A stretch of DNA of 63,979 nucleotides, the filler included, from Thermoplasmatota archaeon (GTDB lineage Archaea > Thermoplasmatota > E2 > JACPAO01 > JAHFTW01), in assembly GCA_041623215.1 (NCBI GenBank). It is 4 parts of 4 records of this genome, joined end to end, with 100 filler letters (N's around TTAATTAATTAA, not from the genome) between each part and the next. Parts side by side here need not be neighbours in the genome. Positions count along the whole stretch, not along the records: positions 1 to 20,553 come from JBFJXH010000018.1; 3 more parts are not named here. One strand, given 5' to 3'. Each line of letters starts with the position of its first letter. Positions within the stretch are counted from its first letter, which is position 1. The position numbers and the translations under genes are program-made. This document shows positions 1 to 9,568 of the stretch, piece after piece. The notes beneath the pieces are model-generated. The model ran no database searches, was not told the DNA's origin, and saw only the letters and a program-made list of their open reading frames with translations.

Positions 1-65
1 TCGTCTCCGGCCAAGCAGCCGGCAAACATGACCGTCACCACGGCCATCGCTAGAATGATGCGCAT
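1..65 (-). CDS. N-terminal fragment of a putative lipoprotein (runs off the window edge)
   Basis: Own translation from ATG at 65: MRIILAMAVVTVMFAGCLAGD, a hydrophobic signal with an AGC lipobox; AT-rich CTTATTTT about 25 nt upstream on the minus strand. Confidence 0.7.
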   Translation of the reverse strand, partial: MRIILAMAVVTVMFAGCLAGD

Positions 66-259
66 GATTGCGCGGTTGTATCACTTGAAAATAAGGCTGA
101 TGGGAGAAAGCACGTGCATACCGCCACTAATCGCGTCACCCGCTGCGGCCTACGCGCCGTGCAACCATTCAAGAATGATGCCCAGGTCGGCCGCCTGTCC
201 GGGGGACCCAGCCCCGGCCGTCGGCAGCCAGTCGACGGGCGTCATCGGCGCACGACTGA

Positions 260-332
260 GGGCCCTTGGGGTAGTTTGGTATCCTCGTGGCTTTGGGAGC
301 CACTGACTCCAGTTCAAATCTGGGAGGGCCCA
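260..332 (+). tRNA. tRNA-Pro(TGG)
   Basis: Acceptor stem GGGCCCT/AGGGCCC, anticodon arm GTGGC-TT-TGG-GA-GCCAC (anticodon 294-296), T-arm TCCAG-TTCAAAT-CTGGG; CCA not encoded. Confidence 0.95.
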
Positions 333-412
333 CTGAATTTGCCGGTGCGGACGACGGGACCCAGGCGTACCGCGACCGCAGCGGCCAAACGCCGGGTGTC
401 GCTGCCAAGCCT

Positions 413-898
413 GTGATTTGGAGCGACTCGGACATCGCGGCTGCGGTGGACGCCGGCGATATGGGACTCGACCCGTGGTTGCCAGACGACTTGACCCCCA
501 ACGGCGTTGACCTTCGCATCGGCCATGTGCTGGTGCCAAGCGTCAGCGATACACCAATGGACGATGGCACGGCCGTGGTTCCGCCGGGCTGCCACTTCTT
601 GATTGGCACCAGTAGCGTGGTGCGCATGCCGCCCACTGCGTGCGGTCAGCTATGGATTCGCTCCTCGTATGCAAGGCGCGGCGTGCTGGCGGCCTTTGGG
701 AAGGTGGAGGCCGGCTTCGATGGAAACCTCACGCTGGGCGCATTCCATGCCGGGCACGAGCCGTTGCACATCCCCATCGGCGACCGCTTTTGTCAACTGG
801 TTTTGGAGGACCTGCGCTCGCCGGTTGCCCGGAGCTACGAAGAGCGCTCCGGCAACTACCAGCACCAGCGCGGCATCACCCTCGCCAAGGACGCTTGA
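413..898 (+). CDS. dcd: dCTP deaminase/dUTPase family protein
   Basis: PNGVDLRIG, IRSSYARRG, GFDGNLTL and C-terminal GNYQHQRG; start moved to GTG 413 because the upstream ORF overlaps the tRNA. Confidence 0.85.
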   Translation: MIWSDSDIAAAVDAGDMGLDPWLPDDLTPNGVDLRIGHVLVPSVSDTPMDDGTAVVPPGCHFLIGTSSVVRMPPTACGQLWIRSSYARRGVLAAFGKVEAGFDGNLTLGAFHAGHEPLHIPIGDRFCQLVLEDLRSPVARSYEERSGNYQHQRGITLAKDA

Positions 899-899
899 C

Positions 900-1403
900 A
901 TGCAGGCCCTGCCAGACCTTCCCGTGATTCCATCCATTGGCAATCCTTGCGTCGAGCGGGGCTGCTCAAAGTGTTGTCACGACACGGAAATGCTGCTGAC
1001 CGAAGACGACGTGCGTCGCATCTCGGCCGTGCGACCCGACATGGAATTCTACTTCCAGGCCCCCGATGGCTTTCTTCAATTGCGGACGCGTCAGGCGCCG
1101 GCGGCGGCTGGCGGCCCGGCGGGCACCCTGCCGTGCACGTTTCTTCACCCAGACGGCAGCTGCACCATTCACCAATGGCGGCCCGAGGGATGCCGCCTTT
1201 ACCCCGGCATTTGGGACAGCGATACGAAGGTCCCCGTCCTTGATGACCAGGAGTGCCCGCACACGGATGCCTTCGCGTTGGATGCCGACGCCATGGATGG
1301 TGTGGCTCGACTGGCCGCCACGCTTGTGCATGAACGAAAGGAGCGTTTGACCAAGCGGCCAAGGCCCAAGGGTCAAGAGACCGGCCGGGATGGCCTGGCA
1401 TGA
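900..1403 (+). CDS. YkgJ family cysteine-cluster (Fe-S/Zn) protein
   Basis: CVERGCSKCC, PCTFL, CTIH and RPEGCRLYP motifs; ATG 900 right after the dcd stop. Confidence 0.85.
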   Translation: MQALPDLPVIPSIGNPCVERGCSKCCHDTEMLLTEDDVRRISAVRPDMEFYFQAPDGFLQLRTRQAPAAAGGPAGTLPCTFLHPDGSCTIHQWRPEGCRLYPGIWDSDTKVPVLDDQECPHTDAFALDADAMDGVARLAATLVHERKERLTKRPRPKGQETGRDGLA

Positions 1404-1669
1404 GCGAATTGGTGGCCAACCTTGCCGTTGCCGCGGCCTTGGCGTTAGCTGGCGTCGCCTTGTTGCTAGCCGGTGTCGCCTTCGTGTCATGGCGACGCGT
1501 GCGTCACGGCCGTCTGGCCTGGATTGGCGTCGCGTTCCTCGTCTTCGCGGCCCAGGGGATTGTGTTTCTGGGAACCGCGCTGGGTGACCGGACCGGCGAT
1601 ACTTGGCCCGTTGCCACGCTCCTGTCGCTCGGTGCCGTGGCCGCCTTGTACGTCGCCGTGCTTCGGTAG
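1400..1669 (+). CDS. Small membrane protein (about 3 TM helices)
   Basis: Three hydrophobic stretches, ATGA overlap with the upstream gene, and a paralog at 45838-46116. Confidence 0.75.
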   Translation: MSELVANLAVAAALALAGVALLLAGVAFVSWRRVRHGRLAWIGVAFLVFAAQGIVFLGTALGDRTGDTWPVATLLSLGAVAALYVAVLR

Positions 1670-1677
1670 GAAGTCCC

Positions 1678-2304
1678 TTGCCACCTCCAATTGACCCCAA
1701 GAAAGTCCTGGACCTTGACGTCCGTCGGCGCATCGTCGACCACGTGCAGGCCCACCCAGGCCTACACTTGCGGGGTCTGGCCGACGCCTTGGATGTGGCC
1801 GTTTCAACGCTCGAGTACCATTGCTACCAACTGCAGCGCCATGGACATCTGACCACGCGCGAGGACGGCGGGTTCAAGGCATTCTACCCGGCCCAGGGCC
1901 TCGACCGCCGTGACAAAGACATCCTGTACGTGGTTCGGCATGAGGCCCCGCGCCGCATCTGTGCCCACCTGATTCTTCACCCTGGCAGCACGCCCAAGGA
2001 CTTGCGAGCCGTCGTCGGTTTGTCTGCGCCAACTCTGAGCTTCCACCTTAAGCGACTGCGTGAGGCGGGCCTCTTGGACGAAGAGCCCATGGGGCGAACC
2101 AAGCTCCTGAGCTTGACCGACCCAGAGCGAATTGCCAACGTATTGGTCACCTACAAGGCGTCCTTCGTCGACGACGCGGTGGACCGCTTCGCCACCGCCT
2201 GGATGGAACTGTCACCGCCTGGAAGACCCGGTCGAGCCGGCGGTCAGACCGACGCTACGGCATCGGAGACCGGCGGCAACGCACCCTCGGACGAAGGTTC
2301 GTAG
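1678..2304 (+). CDS. Tandem winged-helix (ArsR/MarR-like) transcriptional regulator
   Basis: Two HTH units: HPGLHLRGLADALDVAVSTLEYH and PGSTPKDLRAVVGLSAPTLSFHLKRLREAGL; TTG start inferred. Confidence 0.85.
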   Translation: MPPPIDPKKVLDLDVRRRIVDHVQAHPGLHLRGLADALDVAVSTLEYHCYQLQRHGHLTTREDGGFKAFYPAQGLDRRDKDILYVVRHEAPRRICAHLILHPGSTPKDLRAVVGLSAPTLSFHLKRLREAGLLDEEPMGRTKLLSLTDPERIANVLVTYKASFVDDAVDRFATAWMELSPPGRPGRAGGQTDATASETGGNAPSDEGS

Positions 2305-2316
2305 CCCTTCAAGCAG

Positions 2317-3912
2317 TCACTCGTCGTCTTCGGGCCGGCGGGGCCAGAACAAGCCAGCTGCCGCAGCAACGCTGGCTGCGGCGCCCGCCAGCATGCCAAT
2401 CAAGACCGGGTGCTCCTTGTAGAGTTCGCCCAAGCCAGCAATGGTGATGGCATGCGTGGACCAATGCGGAATGCTTGCCATAAGCTGGATGCCATTGGCA
2501 TCCCGGACCATCCAGTATTCAGGTTGTCCTGCGTCGTCGGTCGGATCAAGGATGTCCTGGAGGCCGCCGTCCGCTTCTCGGAACACCACTTCTGTTTCTG
2601 TACCGTCGTCGTTGACATCGAAGTAACGCAATTCCAGCGCTTGTCCATTGAAGAGCGCGTGGTCTAGGTCAAGCACGATGGTGCGCCCGGAATCCAGTTC
2701 AGCGCTCACAACGACTCGAAGCGGCTTGCCCGGATCCGGCTTGGCCTTGGGCACCTCGACCGTGATGTTTACGTCGTCATACACGAGCACCTGGACGGGG
2801 TTGCTGTCGGTTTCCAGATCGACGACTCCGCCTGCGGAAGCTCCTGTGGCGACGGCGTCGCGGGCGCGGTCATCGGCGGTTCGCGGCAACGGGTGGTCGG
2901 CGCCCTTGACGCTGACCTGCGCGCCTACATGTTGACGGGCAATCGCTTGCTGGATGGCCGGCGCCGAATCCGGGTGGCCGCCCGGAGCGGGTTCCGGTTT
3001 GGCGGGTTCGACGTGGAGCGCCACGAAGGTGGGCGCCGTCAGCAATTGTCCCTCCAACTGTAAGTCGCGCCCAGTAAACACGAGCACTCCCGCACCATCT
3101 AGATTCAACCGGTAGCCGCCAGCCCACGCGGTGACGTCTGCGTCAGTTGGCAGAACCACATGAAGATCACTAGCGGGGCCACGGAATTGGAGGAAGCCTT
3201 TGGCGTGGTCATGCAGGAGCATGGTGCCGCCGTCAAATTGTACCAAGAGCCGGTGGCCCTTGTCATCCTTGATGATGCGCGGCGGTTCCGCCCAGGGCGC
3301 TTCGGGAACCACATGAAGCGCTTCAGCCACGAGGTGCCCGCGGAGCCGCAAGTCGGTGAGACCAAGGCCCGTGGCGCTCACGTTGTACGAAATCCATTCC
3401 AGACCGGACGCGGCCTTGCGGTGGTCCGCAATGCGCGAGCACACAGCAGGCGATGCGTCAGGATTTACGGCACAGCGGGCGGCGGGCGAGAGCGGACGCA
3501 GGGGCGATTGGGCTCCGGAATTGGGGCGAGCTTCGCCGGTCGTGCCATTCCCACGCGTGGCGCCCATGCTGCGGCAAGATTCGTGCTGGGGCTTTGCCCG
3601 GCAGAATGCTTCATGGCAGCGTTGACGCTCGGCAGGGTCGTCGGTGGATTGGCATTTGTGCAACCACTCGCGACATTCCGCCGGATGCTTTTCGCACCAC
3701 GTCTTCGCGTCTTCGTCGGTGCCGTCGGCCGAGGTCGCGTTGCCTGAGTTTGGCTCGGCGGTGCTGTTGTCGGCCGTGCCACGGCTGGGTTCGTCACCAT
3801 CCGCAGCGCCGTCGCCTCCCGGGCTGGTGCCATCTTGGGCCGCCACAGTGGTGGAAGCGGCCAGCAGGGCCACCATCAGCATCGCGGCAAAGCTACGTTT
3901 CACAATCTCCAC
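2317..3912 (-). CDS. Secreted, C-terminally membrane-anchored surface protein
   Basis: N-terminal signal peptide, Cys-rich segment, PHWSTH then a TM helix and RRPEDDE tail. Confidence 0.75.
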   Translation of the reverse strand: MEIVKRSFAAMLMVALLAASTTVAAQDGTSPGGDGAADGDEPSRGTADNSTAEPNSGNATSADGTDEDAKTWCEKHPAECREWLHKCQSTDDPAERQRCHEAFCRAKPQHESCRSMGATRGNGTTGEARPNSGAQSPLRPLSPAARCAVNPDASPAVCSRIADHRKAASGLEWISYNVSATGLGLTDLRLRGHLVAEALHVVPEAPWAEPPRIIKDDKGHRLLVQFDGGTMLLHDHAKGFLQFRGPASDLHVVLPTDADVTAWAGGYRLNLDGAGVLVFTGRDLQLEGQLLTAPTFVALHVEPAKPEPAPGGHPDSAPAIQQAIARQHVGAQVSVKGADHPLPRTADDRARDAVATGASAGGVVDLETDSNPVQVLVYDDVNITVEVPKAKPDPGKPLRVVVSAELDSGRTIVLDLDHALFNGQALELRYFDVNDDGTETEVVFREADGGLQDILDPTDDAGQPEYWMVRDANGIQLMASIPHWSTHAITIAGLGELYKEHPVLIGMLAGAAASVAAAAGLFWPRRPEDDE

Positions 3913-4017
3913 TCGCCGCCGCCGCTTATAAGGGTCCTCGGACGAGCGTCGAACGGTCTCCCACCCGGCTCACGGCCCACGCCTCTTATAGCAGGCTCTT
4001 GTCGGCCGGCCAACCCC

Positions 4018-5136
4018 GTGGCAACCATAGCGGAACAGATCAAAGCGCTCGAAGACGAGATCCTGAAAACGCAGAAGAACAAGGCGACCGAATTTCACAT
4101 CGGGAAACTCAAGGCCAAGATTGCTGCGTTGAAGCGTGAGCAAGAAAAACAGGCAGCACAAGGAGGCGGCGGCGGCCCCAGTTATGCAGTCAAGAAGTCA
4201 GGCAACGCCACGGTTGGCCTCATCGGTCTCCCGTCCGTGGGTAAATCCACGATTCTGGGCGCTGTGACGGGCAAGGAGTCTGAAGTTGGTGCCTTCGCTT
4301 TCACCACCCTAACCGTCATTCCCGGCATGCTGCGGCACCGGTTCGCCGACATCCAGATTCTGGACATGCCCGGCATCATCGAGGGAGCCGCGCTGAACAA
4401 GGGCCGGGGTAAGGAAGTCATCGCGGCAGCACGCAATTCTGACCTGATTCTGCTAACGCTTGACGCCAAGCAGGCGAAGAAGCACCTGCCCGTCATTCTG
4501 CGCGAACTTGAGCAATCGGCCATCCGCATCAACCGCCAGCCCAAGGACATCAACGTGTACTACCGGGACCGCGGCGGCGTCAAAATCATGAGCACCTGCA
4601 AGCAGACGCACATGACACTCGACCAGATTGAGGATATCGTGCGCCAGTTCCGCATCAACAACGCTGACGTGGTGGTGCGTCATGACATTACGGTGGATGA
4701 CTTGGTCGACCACCTATCCGGCAACCGCGTTTACATTCCAGCGGTTGCCATCGTCAACAAGGTGGACCTCGTAGGCGAGGAGGGGTATGAGGAAGTGAAG
4801 GAGTGGCTGGATGAACAAGGAATCCCCAACATCCCCATGGTCGCCAACAAGAAGCTCGGCGTCGATGAGGCCAAGGACTTCATTTACGACGCCTTGGATA
4901 TGATTCAGGTCTTCCTGAAGCCCCAAGGGGAGGAGGCGGACATGGAGGAGCCGCTCATTATCCGGGCCGGCAGCGACGTTGGAGCCGTGTGCGATAAACT
5001 GCACCGGGATTTCCGCCGACTGTTTCGCTATGCGCAGGTGTGGGGACCCAGCGGCAAGTTCCCGGGGCAGACCATAGGACTCGACCACGAACTACTGGAT
5101 GGCGATGTCTTGTCCATCATCACGCGCCGCGTGTAA
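4018..5136 (+). CDS. drg: DRG/OBG-family GTPase with TGS domain
   Basis: KNKATEFHIGKLKAK, GLPSVGKST, FTTL, DMPG, NKVD and C-terminal TGS; TTATA about 28 nt upstream of GTG 4018. Confidence 0.95.
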   Translation: MATIAEQIKALEDEILKTQKNKATEFHIGKLKAKIAALKREQEKQAAQGGGGGPSYAVKKSGNATVGLIGLPSVGKSTILGAVTGKESEVGAFAFTTLTVIPGMLRHRFADIQILDMPGIIEGAALNKGRGKEVIAAARNSDLILLTLDAKQAKKHLPVILRELEQSAIRINRQPKDINVYYRDRGGVKIMSTCKQTHMTLDQIEDIVRQFRINNADVVVRHDITVDDLVDHLSGNRVYIPAVAIVNKVDLVGEEGYEEVKEWLDEQGIPNIPMVANKKLGVDEAKDFIYDALDMIQVFLKPQGEEADMEEPLIIRAGSDVGAVCDKLHRDFRRLFRYAQVWGPSGKFPGQTIGLDHELLDGDVLSIITRRV

Positions 5137-5213
5137 GACGGGGCACGAGTCCCTCCGACGACGGTCCCTGAAACCAAACCGTCAAGCGCTATCCCGCGTG
5201 CTGGCCCTCGTCC

Positions 5214-6074
5214 ATGAAGGCCGTAATTCCCGCCGCTGGCTTCGGCACGCGCTTCTTGCCGGCTACCAAGTCAAGCCCGAAGGAGATGCTGCCTATTGTG
5301 GACAAGCCGGTCATTCAGTACGTCGTCGAGGAGGCAGTGGCGGCCGGCTGCGATGACATTCTCATCATTACAGGGCGTTCCAAGCGGGCCGTGGAAGACC
5401 ACTTTGACCGTAGTCCGGAATTGGAGCGCCGTCTGCGGGAGCGCGGCAAGCACGACCTCGCCGATTCGCTGGCCGCTATTGCAGACTTGGCCGACATCCA
5501 CTTCAAACGACAGCACGAGCAGCGAGGCCTGGGGCACGCCGTGTTGCAGGCGCGTAACCATGTCGGCGACGAGCCCTTCGCCGTGCTGCTTGGCGATGAT
5601 ATGGTCGTTGGCGGCGAACCGTCGTGCCTCGAACGCCTATGGCAGGTGCAGCACGAATTCGAGGGCAGCGCCTTGGCTACCGAGCAAGTGCCAGACGCCG
5701 ACGTTGGGCGCTATGGTATCATCGACCCTGGCGAAGCCATTGCCCCTGATGCAAGGCGCGTCAAGGACATGGTGGAAAAGCCAAGCTTGGCCGATGCCCC
5801 CAGCCGCCTCGGCGTCATGGGCCGCTACGTCTTGGAGCCCCAAATCTTCGACTACCTAGCCGACCAAACTCCGGGTGTGGGCGGCGAAATTCAGCTCACC
5901 GACGCGCTGCGGCGCATGGCCGTGAATCGCTCAGTCTACGCCGTGGACAGCCCGGGGCACCGCTACGACACCGGCCAACCTTTGGGCTGGCTGCTGACCA
6001 ACCTAGAATTGGGCCTTGATCACCCTGCAACAGCGGACGGCCTGCGCGCATGGTTGGCGGCGCAATCGCAGTAA
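5214..6074 (+). CDS. galU: UTP--glucose-1-phosphate uridylyltransferase
   Basis: KAVIPAAGFGTRFLPATK, PKEMLPIVDKP, VEKP, GEIQLTDA. Confidence 0.95.
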   Translation: MKAVIPAAGFGTRFLPATKSSPKEMLPIVDKPVIQYVVEEAVAAGCDDILIITGRSKRAVEDHFDRSPELERRLRERGKHDLADSLAAIADLADIHFKRQHEQRGLGHAVLQARNHVGDEPFAVLLGDDMVVGGEPSCLERLWQVQHEFEGSALATEQVPDADVGRYGIIDPGEAIAPDARRVKDMVEKPSLADAPSRLGVMGRYVLEPQIFDYLADQTPGVGGEIQLTDALRRMAVNRSVYAVDSPGHRYDTGQPLGWLLTNLELGLDHPATADGLRAWLAAQSQ

Positions 6075-6142
6075 GGCGGTTTGCTGGGCCAGGGCCCACC
6101 CATCGGGGCCAACTGTAAAGCGGGCGAAGCGGTCGCCCGTTC

Positions 6143-6571
6143 GTGGGCCCGCGCACATGGAAATTGGAAGAGGCGAACGCCGTATTGCCCCGCTTGCGCC
6201 CCTTGCTGGCCGAGGCCCGAGAGGCCTTGGAGCCGCTCCAGCAAACGCAGCAGGCCATTCGGGCGACGCTCGCCGCCAATCGGGACATTCGCCACCCCGC
6301 CCATGCGCGGCACCACGAATGGCAGGCGCTGATGGAGGAGCATCGGTCGCGACACGCCGTCTTTGACGACCGCCTTCGTGCGTTTGCAGAGGCTGGCGTG
6401 TTGGTCAAGGACGTCGCGAGTGGCCTCGTGGATTTTTACGGCGAAATCGGCGGGCGGCTCGTGTTTCTTTGCTGGCGGGAGGACGAGGACCAAGTAACGC
6501 ACTGGCATGAGCTGGAGGGGGGCTTTGCTGCACGCAAAGCAATCCCCGAATTGCCACTGGTGACCGCCTGA
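6143..6571 (+). CDS. DUF2203 family protein
   Basis: EEANAVLP, KD..GLVDF, LCW..E..HWHELEGGFAARK. Confidence 0.85.
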   Translation: MGPRTWKLEEANAVLPRLRPLLAEAREALEPLQQTQQAIRATLAANRDIRHPAHARHHEWQALMEEHRSRHAVFDDRLRAFAEAGVLVKDVASGLVDFYGEIGGRLVFLCWREDEDQVTHWHELEGGFAARKAIPELPLVTA

Positions 6572-6634
6572 ACCTGAGCTAGGCCGTGCCCTCTTACCCT
6601 GCATGGCGCCCTCGCGCAGCGCCGTGCCCGGGGT

Positions 6635-8470
6635 TTAGGAGTCTAGGCGAACGCCTTGCTGGTCGGCCGGACGCAGGGGCAGGTGCACACCGCTGACAAA
6701 GGACAAGTCGCCAAGCCGCACGATGACATCGCCGCCGTCGTAATCTTCGATGGTCCGCCCACTGTCGTTGCTCCGAATTGTGAATTGGAGGCGCTCGCCT
6801 TTCTTGATGAGGTCCTCCTGCGGATAGAAGTCCAAGGTGACCCCGTAGAATCCGGTCGGCTGCGGTGCCGGCGCCATCAGTCCATGGCGGAAGACCGGGT
6901 TCAGATAGCCGTAGTTTTCGCGCGAGCGAATCACTTCGCCCTGGTCGTCTACCACGTCCATGACAACGACCAAGTGACTGCGTTCAACGCCGGCCGTGTC
7001 AACCAATAGGTCTACGCGCGGGACGCCGGAAATCAGCGTGTCCTTCTCGAAGGTGCTGGTAGTAAACCGAACATGTTGCACGGGGACATCGTCGCAGGGC
7101 TGGCCCTGGCGCAGGACGCCGCGGGCGAGACCGTAGGTTCCCCGGTCATGCGGGCACGCGGTGAAGGTCTGGTCCTTGAGGTCGGGAACCGTGGCAGTCG
7201 CAAGGCCGCCATAATGGAAGGCCAAGAAGAGTTCATCATCGCTGTGCGAGGGCCCCGGCGTCCCGGTGAAGCCGTTGGCCACGTCAATGCGCTCGTGCAG
7301 GGGCCAGGTGGCCGAGCGGTGCCAGTTGCCATCGTTGTCCTCCACCCAGGCGACATCGGTCTGGAACATACCGGTATCAAGTTCCTTGAGGAATGTGTCA
7401 AAGAAGGAGACGGCGTACGGCCACCAATCGCCGTAGGCGCTGCCGGCATCATTCGGGTATTGGTGGCCCCACTGGCCGGCAATCAAGGTCTTGGCGCCAG
7501 CGCCGCCCGCTTTGCCGGGCAGGTCTTGGAACCAGTGGGCAATGTGGTCTGGCTTAACGTTCCAGTCCGCTAATCCTTGTGCCATAAGAACCGGGACCGT
7601 GATGTTGCTCGGCTTGGCACGTAGATTGCGCTCTTGCCACCACTCATAGTAGTCGCCCGATTGGTCAAGCCCGCCATGCGTCAACATGTTCTCATCGTAC
7701 GAACAGCCGGCCTCCTCAAGGATGCGTGGCAGATAATTGGGGGACTGCGGATTGAGCGTGGGCATGATGGCGTTCCGGGTGTAACCGGTGTTGGTGCCGC
7801 CGAGGCTGTGCTGGCCGCTGTACGGCACACCATCATTGTGGTGGTAGTGGTAGAAACTGGTGGACGCGACGACTGGGATGGTGGCCTTCAGGTGTTCATT
7901 GCCGGCAATGGCCGCCATGTGTGCTTCTGAACCGGGGTAGCTGGCGCCGATAAAGCCAACGTTGCCGTTCGACCACGGCAGGGTTCCCAGGTATTCCGTG
8001 AAGTGCCACAAGTCGTCGATATCCGCCTGGCCGCGAAGGTCAAGGCAGCCCGAAGAGTCCCCGGTGCCGCGCACATCCCCGTAGGCGAACGCGTAGCCGC
8101 GGTGCACAAAGGTCCAGTCGAAGCCGCCGACGCCAAGGACCGGCTCGGCCGCTTGGAGCACGCCGTTCACGTAGACGTTCTGTCCGGGCGCGGTGTAGGG
8201 CGTAAATTGGGCGATGATAGGGAAGGGGCCCTCGCCTTCAGGCCGGACGATACGCGCGTGCAGCAAGGTTCCCCCTTCACCTTCGAAGAAGTGATCCTCT
8301 TCGACCACCACGAGTGTGGGATCGGGGTCCTCCGGCTGGTAGCCGAGGTACGGAAGTTGGTCGTCGCTAGCTAATTCATCGGCTTGATCCGTCGGTTGGT
8401 CATCGGCAAGGCAACCTGCAAGAGCGAGACTCATCATCGACAGGGCAGCCACCACGGCTACGAAGCGCAT
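6635..8470 (-). CDS. CocE/NonD (peptidase S15-like) hydrolase, lipoprotein
   Basis: LAGC lipobox, TPY, DVRGTGDSSG, WSNGNVGFIGASY nucleophile elbow, DWNV. Confidence 0.9.
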   Translation of the reverse strand: MRFVAVVAALSMMSLALAGCLADDQPTDQADELASDDQLPYLGYQPEDPDPTLVVVEEDHFFEGEGGTLLHARIVRPEGEGPFPIIAQFTPYTAPGQNVYVNGVLQAAEPVLGVGGFDWTFVHRGYAFAYGDVRGTGDSSGCLDLRGQADIDDLWHFTEYLGTLPWSNGNVGFIGASYPGSEAHMAAIAGNEHLKATIPVVASTSFYHYHHNDGVPYSGQHSLGGTNTGYTRNAIMPTLNPQSPNYLPRILEEAGCSYDENMLTHGGLDQSGDYYEWWQERNLRAKPSNITVPVLMAQGLADWNVKPDHIAHWFQDLPGKAGGAGAKTLIAGQWGHQYPNDAGSAYGDWWPYAVSFFDTFLKELDTGMFQTDVAWVEDNDGNWHRSATWPLHERIDVANGFTGTPGPSHSDDELFLAFHYGGLATATVPDLKDQTFTACPHDRGTYGLARGVLRQGQPCDDVPVQHVRFTTSTFEKDTLISGVPRVDLLVDTAGVERSHLVVVMDVVDDQGEVIRSRENYGYLNPVFRHGLMAPAPQPTGFYGVTLDFYPQEDLIKKGERLQFTIRSNDSGRTIEDYDGGDVIVRLGDLSFVSGVHLPLRPADQQGVRLDS

Positions 8471-8556
8471 AGGTCTGGCGTTTCCTTGACACCTTTAGCG
8501 CTTGCGGCCCTTGGCCTGCCCCCAGGCTCATCAACCCCTCGTACATCGCGCCGCCC

Positions 8557-9477
8557 ATGGTCCAAGCCACCATTCGCGTGATCGGCGCCCCCCTTGACTT
8601 GGGCGCTAGCCGTCGCGGCACGGACATGGGTCCAAGCGCAATCCGCCAGGCGTCGCTGCACACGCGTCTGCAAGAGCTAGGGTACCTCGTTGAGGACGCC
8701 GGCAACGTGCATGCGCCTCAGATGGAGGAGCATTGGACCAAACAGCAGGGCGAGCTCAAGTTTGCCGACGAGATTCTGGCCACCTGCGCCGCGTTGGCGG
8801 ACAAGGTAGACCAAGCGGTGGCCGACGGCACCACCCCACTGGTGCTCGGCGGGGACCACTCGGTTGCCATTGGCACGCAAGCGGGCCTGGCCCGCCATTC
8901 CAAGAACCGGGGCCTCATCTGGATTGACGCGCACGCCGACTTCAACACAGACGCCACGAGCCCGAGCGGCAACATCCACGGCATGCCGGTGTCGGCCATT
9001 TGCGGCCTCGGCCACCCTCGGCTGGCGGACTTCGACGCCCCCGGGCCCAAGCTCCGTCCTGAAAACGTCGTCTTGGTCGGAATTCGCGACGTCGACCCCG
9101 GCGAAGCGGCACTGATGGCCCAGTCTGGCGTGCAGTACTTCACCATGCGCGACATTGACGAACGTGGCATGCGACGCGTCATGGACGACGCCTTGGCCAT
9201 CGCGGGCCGAGGCACGGACGGCGTACACCTCAGCTTCGACCTGGACGGCGTGGACCCACAGTGGGCCCCCGGCACTGGGACCACGGTGCCAGGTGGCCTC
9301 ACGTACCGTGAATCCCATCTGGCGATGGAGATGTTGGCGGACGCCGACGTGCTGGCTAGCCTCGAGTTTGTTGAGGTTAATCCCCTGCTGGATAACCAAA
9401 ATCAAACGGGCAAATTCACGGTTGGACTCATTGCTTCGGCGCTCGGCAAGAGCATCGTCAACACGTGTCCCGTGTAA
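8557..9477 (+). CDS. rocF: Arginase
   Basis: GGDHS, DAHADFN, SPSGNIHGMP, SFDLDGVDP, EVNP. Confidence 0.95.
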   Translation: MVQATIRVIGAPLDLGASRRGTDMGPSAIRQASLHTRLQELGYLVEDAGNVHAPQMEEHWTKQQGELKFADEILATCAALADKVDQAVADGTTPLVLGGDHSVAIGTQAGLARHSKNRGLIWIDAHADFNTDATSPSGNIHGMPVSAICGLGHPRLADFDAPGPKLRPENVVLVGIRDVDPGEAALMAQSGVQYFTMRDIDERGMRRVMDDALAIAGRGTDGVHLSFDLDGVDPQWAPGTGTTVPGGLTYRESHLAMEMLADADVLASLEFVEVNPLLDNQNQTGKFTVGLIASALGKSIVNTCPV

Positions 9478-9568
9478 CTTCCTTCGCCATCTTCGCTCCC
9501 GAAGTGTTAATGAACAACCCCCAATGGGCGGCCGAACCCCCTTCCAGGGGACCCTATCGAGTGACACC

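Noticed and set aside
287..412. N-terminal extension of the dcd ORF in the ORF track
   Set aside because: Overlaps tRNA-Pro; family similarity starts at VIWSD (GTG 413)
260..3912. Integrated element at tRNA-Pro
   Set aside because: No integrase, no duplicated tRNA 3' end seen, and the flanking genes are housekeeping
9510..9563. Short uORF MNNPQW... upstream of aglB
   Set aside because: Its ATG overlaps the likely TATA element (GTTAATGAA), so it is probably not transcribed; no supporting codon signal
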